Origin: Verrucomicrobiia bacterium
GTDB lineage: Bacteria; Verrucomicrobiota; Verrucomicrobiia; Verrucomicrobiales; Akkermansiaceae
Length of the DNA stretch: 64,000 nt
NCBI GenBank assembly: GCA_030432565.1
Contig: JAUIGV010000002.1
Span: forward strand, 222,082-286,081
Direction of reading: 5' to 3'
Of this stretch, positions 37,748-46,942 are shown one piece after another. The position numbers and the translations under genes are program-made. The stretch's first letter is position 1, and every line of letters starts with the position of its first letter. Below the pieces are notes generated by a model that searched no databases, was not told where the DNA came from, and saw nothing but the letters and a program-made list of their open reading frames with translations.

Positions 37748-39388
37748 ATGCTTACCCTTCTGAAGATCCGCAATCTGGCCCTTGTTGAACGTCTCGAGTG
37801 GGACCTTGGTGGAGGCTTGGTCGGCGTGACCGGGGAAACCGGTGCCGGAAAGTCGGTCATTGTGGGCGCGCTGAAGTTGGTTTTAGGCGAACGCGCCCAC
37901 AAAGGCCTGATCCGTACCGGAGAAGATCAATGCACGGTTGAGGCCATTTTTCAGCTTTCGGATTCCACGGTGATTGATGCTATTTTGGATGAAGTTGGTT
38001 TGGACCTCTGCGAGGAAAACGAGCTCATCATTCGTCGCGTGGTTGGAACTTCGTCGAATAAACAGTTCGTCAACAACGGAGCTGCGACTTTGGGAGTATT
38101 GAAGAAAATTGGTCAACACCTGGTCGATCTTCACGGACCTCATGATCACCAATCCCTGCTTTCACCCGAAAGACAACTCGCCTTGCTGGACGCCTATGGT
38201 GCGGCAGGGAGAGAGGTGAAGGCCTATCGCGAGAGTTGGGCTGCCTGGCGCGGCGCGAGTGAGGAATATGAAGCGGCGCGTGCGCAGCGCGAGATCAGTG
38301 ATCAGGAGAAGGAATTGCTTCGATTTCAGGTGGAGGAAATTGACTCGGCGGAAATTAAAGCGGGGGAAGAGGAGGATCTGGAGGAGCGTTATCGGCGGAC
38401 CAGCAATGCCAACCGGCTGGGTGAGTTGGCTGGCAAGGCGGTTAATTTGATCAACGAGACAGTTGCGCCGGGGCTGGAGGATCTTCAGCGGGTGACTTCC
38501 GAGTTGCGGAAGATTGATCCGGCGATTGCTGATTTGGCGGAGGAGGTTGAGAGTTCGGTGGTTCAGATGCAGGAGCTTGAGCGGAGCGTTGTCGACTATC
38601 TCGACGAGCTTGAGATCGATCCTTCCGAGGTGCAGGAGGTCGAGGAGCGCTTTAATTTGGTCGAATCTCTTAAGCGGAAATATGGACCGACATTGCAGGA
38701 CGCGCTGGATCACGCCGAGGATGCCCGGCAAAAGTTGGAGGGATCGGATAATCGCGAGGAGTTTCTGGCACGGCTCAAGCAGGATGTGGATCAGGCCTTG
38801 AAGAAATTGCGGGCGGCGGCAAGGAAGATTAGCTCAAAGCGCAAGAAGCATGCTCCGGCTTTGGCGGAAGAAGTGCGAGGGCATTTGGTGGATTTGGGAT
38901 TCAAGCAAGCGGAGTTTGAGGTGCAATTAAAGTCTCGCGAGGAACCGGGGGCTTTTGGATTGGAAGATGTTGAGTATCTCTTTGGGCCAAACCCTGGCGA
39001 GCCTTTAAAACCGCTGAGGCAGGTCGCTTCGAGCGGCGAGATTTCGAGGGTTATGCTCGCGGTGAAGAATGCGCTCGCCGATCAGGATTCGACTCCTCTG
39101 ATGGTCTTCGATGAGATCGATGCGAATGTGGGTGGAGAGATCGCCCGGGCCGTGGGTGAGAAAATGGCAAGTCTGGGAGAGCGACACCAAGTGGTTGCGA
39201 TCACCCACTTCCCGCAGGTCGCCGCTGTGGCGCATCAGCACTTTCTTGTGGAAAAACGTGTGGAAGGCGGACGTTCCCTTTCCTCACTGACCGAAGTGAC
39301 GGGAGAGACGCGGATTGATGAACTGGTGAGAATGTTGGGCGGGGGAGGAACCCAGGCCCGGGAGATGGCGAAGTCGCTGTTAAAGTAG
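37748..39388 (+). CDS. recN: DNA repair protein RecN
   Basis: The ATG at 37748 gives MLTLLKIRNLALVERLEW. Walker A GETGAGKSVIVGAL, a long coiled coil, the signature SGGEISRVMLA, and Walker B LMVFDEIDANVGG. Confidence 0.93.
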   Translation: MLTLLKIRNLALVERLEWDLGGGLVGVTGETGAGKSVIVGALKLVLGERAHKGLIRTGEDQCTVEAIFQLSDSTVIDAILDEVGLDLCEENELIIRRVVGTSSNKQFVNNGAATLGVLKKIGQHLVDLHGPHDHQSLLSPERQLALLDAYGAAGREVKAYRESWAAWRGASEEYEAARAQREISDQEKELLRFQVEEIDSAEIKAGEEEDLEERYRRTSNANRLGELAGKAVNLINETVAPGLEDLQRVTSELRKIDPAIADLAEEVESSVVQMQELERSVVDYLDELEIDPSEVQEVEERFNLVESLKRKYGPTLQDALDHAEDARQKLEGSDNREEFLARLKQDVDQALKKLRAAARKISSKRKKHAPALAEEVRGHLVDLGFKQAEFEVQLKSREEPGAFGLEDVEYLFGPNPGEPLKPLRQVASSGEISRVMLAVKNALADQDSTPLMVFDEIDANVGGEIARAVGEKMASLGERHQVVAITHFPQVAAVAHQHFLVEKRVEGGRSLSSLTEVTGETRIDELVRMLGGGGTQAREMAKSLLK

Positions 39389-39398
39389 GATATCTGTG

Positions 39399-39806
39399 AT
39401 GAATAAACCGATCATTGGAAGGCGTGAGTGGTTCAGTATTCCCGAGCATGGGGTTGATTGGGTTCGTGGGAAAATTGATACCGGGGCCCGGAGTTCATCG
39501 CTTCATGCCACTGACATCGAGCCCTTCGAAAGAAACGGAGCCGAATGGGTGCGTTTCAATACGATCGACGAGTTGGAATGCGAGGCCCCGGTGGTTTTTG
39601 TGAAACGGGTAAAGAGCTCGAACGGCATTTTGTCCAAGCGCTACTTCATCGAAATTACGGCACAGACGCTGGACGACGAGGAGCACGAGCTTCTCGTGAG
39701 TCTGGCTTCACGAGCTTCGATGAAATGCCCGTTGCTCCTTGGTCGGCGGGCGTTGACACGGTTTTTGGTCGATTGCAGCCGGAGCCACCTGCTGGGTAAG
39801 TTTTAG
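39399..39806 (+). CDS. DUF785 / 'ATP-dependent zinc protease' family (retropepsin-like, RimK-associated type)
   Basis: 135 aa. IIGRREWFSIPEHGVDWVRGKIDTGARSSSLHA, where DTGA is the aspartic-protease-like motif. It starts 11 nt after the recN stop. Confidence 0.75.
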   Translation: MNKPIIGRREWFSIPEHGVDWVRGKIDTGARSSSLHATDIEPFERNGAEWVRFNTIDELECEAPVVFVKRVKSSNGILSKRYFIEITAQTLDDEEHELLVSLASRASMKCPLLLGRRALTRFLVDCSRSHLLGKF

Positions 39807-40185
39807 ACCAATGGACTGAGGCGGAAGCGTGGAGCCACGAAAAAGCCCGGCAACAGCGCTTTCGAAACCCCAGGAGGCTGATCACTGTTTTCGAGTAAGG
39901 AGACGAAGACTTTTGGCTGATCAATCCCGCTCAGGCGATACTGCTTAGCCCATTCTTCTGTCCAACCAGGCTGTCTCCTCATAATACCGGCAACTTCCTC
40001 ATACGATTGATCAATTTCGTGGAGGAACCCGACGGGCTGGAGACACCTCTTCCGAGGACCCCATAGCACGCAAAAAGCCTCGATCCTATTAGGAGGGAAG
40101 CCACCGGGAAACTGCTCTTGTCTTTCTTTCCAAGACGTCCGGGTTGCAGATCGCGCACACGTCCAAACTTAATGAAATCTTCCAC
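39803..40185 (-). pseudogene. Possible decayed gene: two overlapping short frames, the downstream one with a sigma-70 region-4-like HTH
   Basis: Frame A spans 40185..39979 and frame B spans 40069..39803; they overlap in different frames. Frame B reads ...RCLQPVGFLHEIDQSYEEVAGIMRRQPGWTEEWAKQYR, resembling the ECF sigma region-4 pattern 'L..l.g.SyeEIAeil..s.gTVks'. No full-length frame exists. Confidence 0.25.
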
Positions 40186-40259
40186 GCTCTACAACGGGTT
40201 AGCCCAGGTGAAGTGTCTTTGTGCTGGAGTTGAGAGGGGCTTTTGCTCATTTGTGGCCC

Positions 40260-41717
40260 ATGAAAGTTTCATATAAGACGGTCTCCGCGAAGGTGACCAA
40301 GACGGATCTATTGGTGGTTCTTTTGCCAGAAGGCAGGAAGCCAAAGCTGCCGGGAGGGGTGTCGATTCCCAAGAGTGTCGCCGCTTCGTTTTCGGGGAAG
40401 AGCCGGGAGACCCGCTTTACGGATGCGATCGACGGTCCGGCGGAGCGAGTGCTGTTGATTGGGCTGGGAGAGGGGACGTCGTTTGATCTGGAGACAGTGA
40501 GACGGGCGGCGGCGATTGCGGCGCAGAAAGCGGAGAAGACCGATGCGGCTTCGGTGACTTTTTGGGTCGATCTCAAGCTTGGGAAATCCGCCCAAGATTT
40601 TGGCCAGGCTTTGGGGGAAGGCCTGACGATGGGCGCTTATCAATTGGTGGACTTCAAAAGTTCGCCCAAGAAAAGGTCATTGAAGAAGGTGGTTATCCAG
40701 GCGTCGAAAGAGATTACAAGCGGGGCCAAGATCGGTGAAATTGTGGGTGGCGGGAACACTCTTGCGCGTCGCTTGCAGGATACCCCGGCGAACATGATGC
40801 GTCCCAAGGATATGGTTGCGGAGGCTCGTAAGATTGCGAAAGGGTCTGCGAGGATTAGCGTGAAGGCTCTGGATGAAAAGGCGATGGAGAAGCTCGGGAT
40901 GGGTTCTTTGTTGTCGGTTTCGCGCGGTTCTTCCGAGCCGGCATATTTGATCCACCTCGTTTACAAGCCCACCAAAAAAGCTAAGCGGAAGATCTGCCTG
41001 GTGGGCAAAGGTCTCACTTTTGATTCGGGCGGTATCAGCATCAAGCCATCGGCCCGGATGGACGAGATGAAATATGATATGTCGGGTGGAGCAGCAGTCC
41101 TGGGGACTTTTCATGCTCTTGCCGGATTGCATCCCGAGGTGGAAGTTCACGGGCTTGTTCCGACCTCGGAAAACATGCCTGATGCCATGTCCGTGAAACC
41201 GGGCGATGTGGTCACGGCAAGCAATGGCCTCACGATTGAAGTTCTCAATACCGACGCCGAGGGGCGTTTAATTCTGGCGGATGCGCTGGCCTATGCCGGG
41301 AAGACAATTAAGCCGGATGCCATGATTGATTTGGCCACTTTGACCGGTGCGGTCGTGGTGGCTCTCGGTCACGAATTGACCGGAGTGATGGGGAATGATG
41401 AAGCGCTGTCAGATGCCCTCGTGGCTTCCGGTAAGACGACCGGTGAGCTTGTTTGGCCGCTTCCCATTATTGATTTTCACAAGGAGGATATGAAGGGGTC
41501 GGTGGGCGACCTGAAAAATATCGGCAGTCCTTCCACGGGAGCCGGATCGTGTACTGCGGGTGCTTTTCTCTCGAACTTTGTTGGCGAGATTCCCTGGGCC
41601 CACCTCGATATTGCCGGGACGGCCTGGGGGGCAACGAATCGGGATTACCAGGGTGGGTCGGCGGGAACCGGAGTCGGAGTACGGCTTTTGTTGGATTACC
41701 TGATGAAGCAGGCGTAG
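40260..41717 (+). CDS. pepA: Leucyl aminopeptidase (M17)
   Basis: The ATG at 40260 gives MKVSYKTVS. VGKGLTFDSGGISIKP, MKYDMSGGAAVLG, and the NTDAEGRLILADAL signature. Confidence 0.93.
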   Translation: MKVSYKTVSAKVTKTDLLVVLLPEGRKPKLPGGVSIPKSVAASFSGKSRETRFTDAIDGPAERVLLIGLGEGTSFDLETVRRAAAIAAQKAEKTDAASVTFWVDLKLGKSAQDFGQALGEGLTMGAYQLVDFKSSPKKRSLKKVVIQASKEITSGAKIGEIVGGGNTLARRLQDTPANMMRPKDMVAEARKIAKGSARISVKALDEKAMEKLGMGSLLSVSRGSSEPAYLIHLVYKPTKKAKRKICLVGKGLTFDSGGISIKPSARMDEMKYDMSGGAAVLGTFHALAGLHPEVEVHGLVPTSENMPDAMSVKPGDVVTASNGLTIEVLNTDAEGRLILADALAYAGKTIKPDAMIDLATLTGAVVVALGHELTGVMGNDEALSDALVASGKTTGELVWPLPIIDFHKEDMKGSVGDLKNIGSPSTGAGSCTAGAFLSNFVGEIPWAHLDIAGTAWGATNRDYQGGSAGTGVGVRLLLDYLMKQA

Positions 41718-41733
41718 TTTGTTGACTTTGGCT

Positions 41734-41776
41734 AAAAAAAGAAACCCGCCGGATCGCTTGAAAACGATCGAGCGGG
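41734..41776 (-). terminator. Rho-independent terminator of the EF-hand gene (also placed after pepA)
   Basis: On the minus strand, cccgctcgatcg-ttttcaa-gcgatccggcggg (imperfect) is followed by TTTCTTTTTTT. Confidence 0.65.
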
Positions 41777-41797
41777 TGGTTCCTCTAAAGTCGATCT

Positions 41798-42373
41798 TTA
41801 CCGACGGGGTGGTCGTGGGCCACCACCTTGGGGAGGTCCACCCTGTCCGCCGTGGGGAGGTCCGCCTCGTCCGCCTCCCGGAGGACCTTTGCGTTGTCGG
41901 TCCTCCTTGGACTCGAGGCCGGATTCTTCCTGAGAGAGTTTTCCGTCACCATCTTTGTCGAGAGCGGTCAGCGACTTGACGGCGTTTGCGATCTCCTCTT
42001 TCGAAAGCTCTCCGTCTTTGTTGGTGTCAAGAGCCTCGAGGAGTGGCGATTTTGGTGGTTTTGGGGGAGCTGGTTGCTGGCCTTCTCCGTCCTTTTCCTT
42101 GCGGCGCTGGCGGCGGCTCTTTTTAGGTTCCTCCGGTTTTAGTTCATCGGCACTGATCGTGTCGTCATCGTTCTCGTCAAGTTTGAGCAGGGCTTTGGCA
42201 GCGCGTTTGATCTCACCGGCCGAGAGTTTTCCATCTTCATTTCTGTCGAGAAGTGCGGTGAGGGGATCGACCGGTGGAGGTCCGCCGGGACCACCCGGGC
42301 CACCGGGACCTTGGGCTGAAAGTGCGAACGGGAAGGCTGAAAGTGCCGCAACGAGGAGTTTGGTGATTTTCAT
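41798..42373 (-). CDS. Secreted protein with four EF-hand calcium-binding loops and Gly/Pro-rich termini
   Basis: The ATG at 42373 gives MKITKLLVAALSAFPFALSA (signal peptide). Loops: DRNEDGKLSAGE, DENDDDTISADE, DTNKDGELSKEE, DKDGDGKLSQEE. These are flanked by GPGGPGGPGGPPP and GPPGGGRGGPPHGGQGGPPQGGGPRPP. Confidence 0.8.
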   Translation of the reverse strand: MKITKLLVAALSAFPFALSAQGPGGPGGPGGPPPVDPLTALLDRNEDGKLSAGEIKRAAKALLKLDENDDDTISADELKPEEPKKSRRQRRKEKDGEGQQPAPPKPPKSPLLEALDTNKDGELSKEEIANAVKSLTALDKDGDGKLSQEESGLESKEDRQRKGPPGGGRGGPPHGGQGGPPQGGGPRPPRR

Positions 42374-42422
42374 AACATCGCGACCGTATCCGAATGGAAA
42401 TGAACCTAAGATGAACGGTCGC

Positions 42423-42887
42423 TTATAATTGTTTGATGAGGACCGGAATGAGGCGCTGTCGGGTGTGCCGCAGATTGACGAGGCAGGGGACGTTTGAGGC
42501 GAAAGCGTAGGCCATAATGACAAGATTGGCCGGGAACGGGTTCCAGGCAATGAAGGCGGTGATCAGGATCCACTGGACCCAGTGGGAGAATTCGCCGCGG
42601 CGGGTTTCGAGGATGAACTTGCGGAGGTAGTCGGGTTCGGTGGATTGGAGCTTCTTTTTTGGGAAGCCGTTAAACCAGGGTGCGCCATCGGGAAGGAGAT
42701 GTTTCCAGCGTCGGATGAAAAAGTATTTTTCGTAGAAGTCGTTTGGCTTTGGGGCGACGGCAGGGAACGGGCGGATGAAACGGCGGTCGGCAAATTGCTC
42801 AAACAACCAGGCGATCGCCAGATGAACAGCGGGGATGCCAAGGCAATTGAGCAGCGTGATGGTGACGTTGGAGAATTCGAGCCACAT
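42423..42887 (-). CDS. crtO: Glycosyl-4,4'-diaponeurosporenoate acyltransferase (CrtO family)
   Basis: 154 aa membrane protein. IPAVHLAIAW...FYEKYFFIRRWKHLLPDGAPWF...RRGEFSHWVQWIL matches the CrtO acyltransferase family pattern. It lies directly downstream of crtQ and crtP. Confidence 0.75.
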   Translation of the reverse strand: MWLEFSNVTITLLNCLGIPAVHLAIAWLFEQFADRRFIRPFPAVAPKPNDFYEKYFFIRRWKHLLPDGAPWFNGFPKKKLQSTEPDYLRKFILETRRGEFSHWVQWILITAFIAWNPFPANLVIMAYAFASNVPCLVNLRHTRQRLIPVLIKQL

Positions 42888-42896
42888 GGTGAACGG

Positions 42897-43976
42897 TCAG
42901 TCGATGGTGCGACCTTTCCAGGTGGTTTTCACGCCTTTCTTTTGATCGAGGAGCGCCTTGAAAAAGAGAGATTGATAGAACAAGAGCGGAATCGGGAAGA
43001 AGAGCGCGGTGAGGATCGAAAAATTCCCGGCCATGCGGAAGCAGAAGTATGACAGCAATCCGTAGCCGAGGGAGCAAAGGAGGGTGACCTTGAGAAACGC
43101 TTCGTCTGCAACGGGCATGAGGTTGAAGGAAACGAGGAGCATCATTCCGCCACTGAGCCAGAGCGAGGTCGTTAACAGGGCGCGTTTGGGGGACTGGGCG
43201 GCACCTGCGAGAAAGCCTTTCTTCCAGCTGTTGATGAGTTGGCCGGGGCCGTGAGGGAACATGCGCATCTCGATGGCTCCTTTTCCGAGATAGAGATGCA
43301 CGTCGATTTCTCGCGATTTGAGTCGCTGGGCGAATTGGAAGTTTTCGAGGATCTCGTCTTTGACCGCTTCGTGGCCTCCCGCTTTCCGGTAGTGGTCGCG
43401 GTGGATGAGCAGGACCTGTCCAAAGAGGGTGCATTGAGGCGACGGGGTGGCGGCGAAGGCGTCGACTCCTGAGAGTGTGATGGCATTGAAGAAGGCGGAG
43501 AGTTGCTCGTAGGGGCGTCGTACTCTGTGGTAGGGGCAGATGGAATGAGTGGCCTTTTGGGACGTGAGGCCGGCGATTGTGGCAAGGCTGTTCTCGAGAA
43601 GGACGGTGTCGGCGTCGAGGTAGAGGAACCACTCGCCGGAGGCGGCTTCGGCTCCTTGTTGACAGGCCCAGGTTTTCCCTTTCCAGCCCTTGGGCATTTC
43701 TTGTCCTGCAATGACAGTGGCGCCTGAGTCCCGGGCGACCTCTGCGGTGCGGTCGGTTGACTGGTCGTCAATGACGAGGATTTCCAGCGGTTGGGTGCTT
43801 TGAGATCGAATAGAGGCGAGGAGGACCGCGATGTTTTTTTCTTCGTCGCGGGCGGGAATGATGATGGAGATTTTTCCAGCGTCGGCTGTTGCTGATGGCA
43901 GGTAGCGGGGGCGGGCGAGAGAGAAGAGTATCGCGAGCGAGATCAGGAGAGCGATGACAGGGAGGGCGACGAGCAT
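42897..43976 (-). CDS. crtQ: Family-2 glycosyltransferase (CrtQ-like, 4,4'-diaponeurosporenoate glycosyltransferase)
   Basis: 359 aa. N-terminal TM segment, ISIIIPARDEEKNI, VIDDQSTDRT, LYLDADT (DxD motif), and C-terminal TM segments. The cluster context supports the assignment. Confidence 0.75.
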   Translation of the reverse strand: MLVALPVIALLISLAILFSLARPRYLPSATADAGKISIIIPARDEEKNIAVLLASIRSQSTQPLEILVIDDQSTDRTAEVARDSGATVIAGQEMPKGWKGKTWACQQGAEAASGEWFLYLDADTVLLENSLATIAGLTSQKATHSICPYHRVRRPYEQLSAFFNAITLSGVDAFAATPSPQCTLFGQVLLIHRDHYRKAGGHEAVKDEILENFQFAQRLKSREIDVHLYLGKGAIEMRMFPHGPGQLINSWKKGFLAGAAQSPKRALLTTSLWLSGGMMLLVSFNLMPVADEAFLKVTLLCSLGYGLLSYFCFRMAGNFSILTALFFPIPLLFYQSLFFKALLDQKKGVKTTWKGRTID

Positions 43977-44012
43977 CTCTTTCGGTGGGTGTTCACAAGC
44001 GGGGCGCTCGTG

Positions 44013-45515
44013 CTACGAAATGGGGTGCCGGGCGATGATTCGATCGGCGCAGTTTTGCCCTGAAAGAATGACCATGGGCATGCCTCCGCCCGGATTGGTG
44101 CTGCCTCCGGTGAAGTAGAGGTTGTTGTATTTGGTCGAAGTTTTGGGAGCCTTGAACCCGTAGTTTCGCTTCCAGTCCGTTACGACGCCGTAAATCGAAC
44201 CACGGTTGGAGCGATACATCCTTTCGATATCGACGGGGGTGAGGAGGTCTTCGACGACGATGCTTTCGCGGAGTCCTTTGATGCCGCATCGCTCCATCTT
44301 GTCGAGGCAGCGTTCCTTCAGGGCGACGTAGTCTTCGTGAGTGATGCCCGAGTCTTTGCTGAGGGGAGGAATGTGGGGAAGGATCTTGATGTTATCGCCC
44401 CCTTCGGGAGCTTTGGAGGGGTCAGTCCGGGTTGGGGCGACGACGTAGAGAGTTGGATCCTCGGGGAGTTCCTGTTTTTCGAAAACCGTTTTGAAGTGCT
44501 TGTGCTGGTTCTCCGAAAAGAAAAAGTTGTGGTGGGCAAGCTGGGGGAATGGTTTGTCGGTCCCGAGGTGAAGGACGATTCCGGAGCAGGCCGGGGCAAA
44601 TTTTTTATCGAGCTTTTCGGTGAAGGCTTGCGGTTCGTTCAGGAGTTTTTGATAGGCCGGAATGACCTCCATGTTGCTTACGATGATGTCGGCCTGATGC
44701 GAGGTGCCATCGGCGAGATTGACCGAAGTCACTTTCTTGCCTTCCTTTCCGATGTTTTGAACGTCGGCATTGAGGTGGACGGGGATGTCCATTTCCTCCA
44801 TCAGTTTTCCGAGGCCAGTGGCCAGTTGATACATGCCGCCCCGGACATACCAGAGACCGTAGTCAAACTGGATGATGGGCATGAGGTTCATGTAGCCGGG
44901 TGCCTGAAGAGCCGATGACCCGACATACTTAATGAAGTATTCAAAAATCATGCGGAGCTTGGGGTCGGTCAGACGTTCTGCGATCGACTCTGCCATGGTC
45001 GAGCTGTAGTCGATCTTCCCACCCATCAAGCTGAATTTGTAGTGCTTGATAAACTCCCAGAGGTTATCGAGACCTTTTTCAAAGTAGCCTCCGTTGACGA
45101 CGTCGTATTGTTTACGTCCATAGTCGAGGAAGCTCTGAAATTCCGCCCAGTGTTTTTCGAGGTCTCCGGGGAGCTTGCCAAGCTCGGCCCTCATGGGTTC
45201 GTCTTCCTGATAGAGGTCGATGGCCGGTCCGTCTTCGAAGAAGTTGCGCCAGTGGGGTGTGACGGCGTCGAGTTGGACGTAGTCGTCCATATTTTTTCCG
45301 GCGCGTTCGAAAAGGTCGCGGAAGAACTGAGGGAGGGTGAAAATGGAAGGGCCAAGGTCGAAAGTGTAGCCGTCCTTTTCGAGCAGGTTGAGTTTTCCGC
45401 CAATCCGTTCGTTCTTTTCAAAGACCTCGACCTGGTAGCCGGCGGCACGAAGAGAGATGGCGGCGGAGAGACCACCGAGGCCGGCTCCGATTATTGCAAC
45501 CTTTGAATTTTTCAC
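44013..45515 (-). CDS. crtP: 4,4'-diaponeurosporene oxygenase (CrtP / CrtNb-type FAD oxidoreductase)
   Basis: 500 aa. VAIIGAGLGGLSAA, DGYTFDLGPSIFTLPQFFRDLFE, SNMEVIPAY, QLAHHNFFFSEN, YRSNRGSIYGVV and NLYFTGGSTNPGGGMPMV closely follow S. aureus CrtP as I recall it. Confidence 0.82.
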   Translation of the reverse strand: MKNSKVAIIGAGLGGLSAAISLRAAGYQVEVFEKNERIGGKLNLLEKDGYTFDLGPSIFTLPQFFRDLFERAGKNMDDYVQLDAVTPHWRNFFEDGPAIDLYQEDEPMRAELGKLPGDLEKHWAEFQSFLDYGRKQYDVVNGGYFEKGLDNLWEFIKHYKFSLMGGKIDYSSTMAESIAERLTDPKLRMIFEYFIKYVGSSALQAPGYMNLMPIIQFDYGLWYVRGGMYQLATGLGKLMEEMDIPVHLNADVQNIGKEGKKVTSVNLADGTSHQADIIVSNMEVIPAYQKLLNEPQAFTEKLDKKFAPACSGIVLHLGTDKPFPQLAHHNFFFSENQHKHFKTVFEKQELPEDPTLYVVAPTRTDPSKAPEGGDNIKILPHIPPLSKDSGITHEDYVALKERCLDKMERCGIKGLRESIVVEDLLTPVDIERMYRSNRGSIYGVVTDWKRNYGFKAPKTSTKYNNLYFTGGSTNPGGGMPMVILSGQNCADRIIARHPIS

Positions 45516-45581
45516 GTGCGCTCATTTTCGTTGGGACTCTTCTCTTGTCAACACGGTCAACCATTTTAGTTTGAAGGCGGG

Positions 45582-46937
45582 ATGATGGAAGATGCGAAGA
45601 TTTTAGTCAGGGATTCATGGGAGATCTTCGCCTCTGGTTTGGCTCCGAGGTTGGAGCAACGGCAGGTGGTGCTGAAGAAGCTCGAGTCGGTCCTGATTGC
45701 GAAGCAGGAGGAGATCCTCGCTGCGCTGGCAGCCGATCTTGGAAAACCGGGGATGGAGGCGTATTTGAGCGAGTATTATTTCCTGCTTCAGGAATTACGT
45801 TTGGTGAGGAAGAAAATGAAGAGTTGGCTGAAGAAGAAGCGGGTGGGGTCGCCATTTTACTTTCAGCCGTGCCGAAGTTGGATCGAGAGGAAGCCGTTTG
45901 GAGTGGTATTGGTGATGGCGCCGTGGAATTACCCTTTTCAACTTTCTCTGAGCCCCGTGATCGCCGCGGTCGCGGCAGGAAACCTGGTGGTTCTCAAGCC
46001 ATCCGAAATGGCGACGGAAAGCGAACGGGTCATTGGTGAGATTATTGAAGAGGCCTTCGACGGACTGGTTCGGGTGGTGACAGGCGGGCCCGAGGTGGCG
46101 CAGAGCCTTTTGGAGGAAGACTTTGATTTCATCTTTTTTACCGGGAGCACGCGGGTGGGACGTGAAGTGGCAGTGAAAGCGGCGGAAACTTTGACGCCTA
46201 CCTTGATGGAGTTGGGTGGGAAGTGTCCCTGTGTGGTGGATGAAGGAGTGGACTTAAAGGTGGCAGCGCGCCGAATTCTTGCGGGGAAATTTTTCAATGC
46301 GGGGCAGACCTGTTTTGCTCCGGACTTTGTGGTGGTTGCGGAGTCGATGAGGAGTGCCTTCGTGAAAGCCTGTGAGGAGGTGATGGCTGAAGTTCCTTGG
46401 GCTGATGAAATGGCGAGGATTATTTCGAGGAAACACTTCGAGCGGATTCGGGGGGCGCTTGATGGCACCGAACTGATCTTCGGAGAAGACGATGGCGACA
46501 GTTGTTTTTTGGCGCCCAGGGTGATCCCGAATGCCAACTGGGATCATCCGGCGATGAAGGAGGAGATCTTTGGGCCGGTACTGCCGGTGTTGGGTTATTC
46601 CGACGAGCCGGGATTGATGGCTCCGCTCGCGGAGATGGAGAATCCCCTGGCGGTTTATTGTTTCTCAAAGCGTAACGATTTCGTGGACAAGGTGGCGACC
46701 GCGCTGCCTTCGGGGTCGCTCTGTGTGAATGATACGATGAAGCAATTCTCGCAGCTCAAGTTGCCGCTGGGTGGGGTGGGGAAGAGTGGTTACGGGAGAT
46801 ATCGGGGGCGCCATGGGGTGGAGGCATTCAGCTATGAAAAATCAGTGGCCAAACGCTACTATTTTGGGCGGGACTTCTTCGAAATGCTTCCCCCATATGA
46901 GAAGGCTTTCAACTGGATGCGCAAGTTCCTGAAATAA
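45582..46937 (+). CDS. aldH: Aldehyde dehydrogenase (class-3-like; AldH of the C30 carotenoid pathway by context)
   Basis: 451 aa. MAPWNYPFQLSL, FFTGSTRVGREV, LMELGGKCPCVV (catalytic Glu and Cys region), EEIFGPVLPV. It is divergent from crtP and convergent with crtN. Confidence 0.8.
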   Translation: MMEDAKILVRDSWEIFASGLAPRLEQRQVVLKKLESVLIAKQEEILAALAADLGKPGMEAYLSEYYFLLQELRLVRKKMKSWLKKKRVGSPFYFQPCRSWIERKPFGVVLVMAPWNYPFQLSLSPVIAAVAAGNLVVLKPSEMATESERVIGEIIEEAFDGLVRVVTGGPEVAQSLLEEDFDFIFFTGSTRVGREVAVKAAETLTPTLMELGGKCPCVVDEGVDLKVAARRILAGKFFNAGQTCFAPDFVVVAESMRSAFVKACEEVMAEVPWADEMARIISRKHFERIRGALDGTELIFGEDDGDSCFLAPRVIPNANWDHPAMKEEIFGPVLPVLGYSDEPGLMAPLAEMENPLAVYCFSKRNDFVDKVATALPSGSLCVNDTMKQFSQLKLPLGGVGKSGYGRYRGRHGVEAFSYEKSVAKRYYFGRDFFEMLPPYEKAFNWMRKFLK

Positions 46938-46942
46938 GATTT

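Noticed and set aside
45516-45581. A possible regulator site (tGTCAACacggTCAACc) in the divergent crtP/aldH promoter, considered as a light-responsive or B12-responsive operator.
   Set aside because: It is only a short imperfect direct repeat. No LitR/CarH-type or other regulator gene is in the cluster, and I cannot match it to a known operator consensus.
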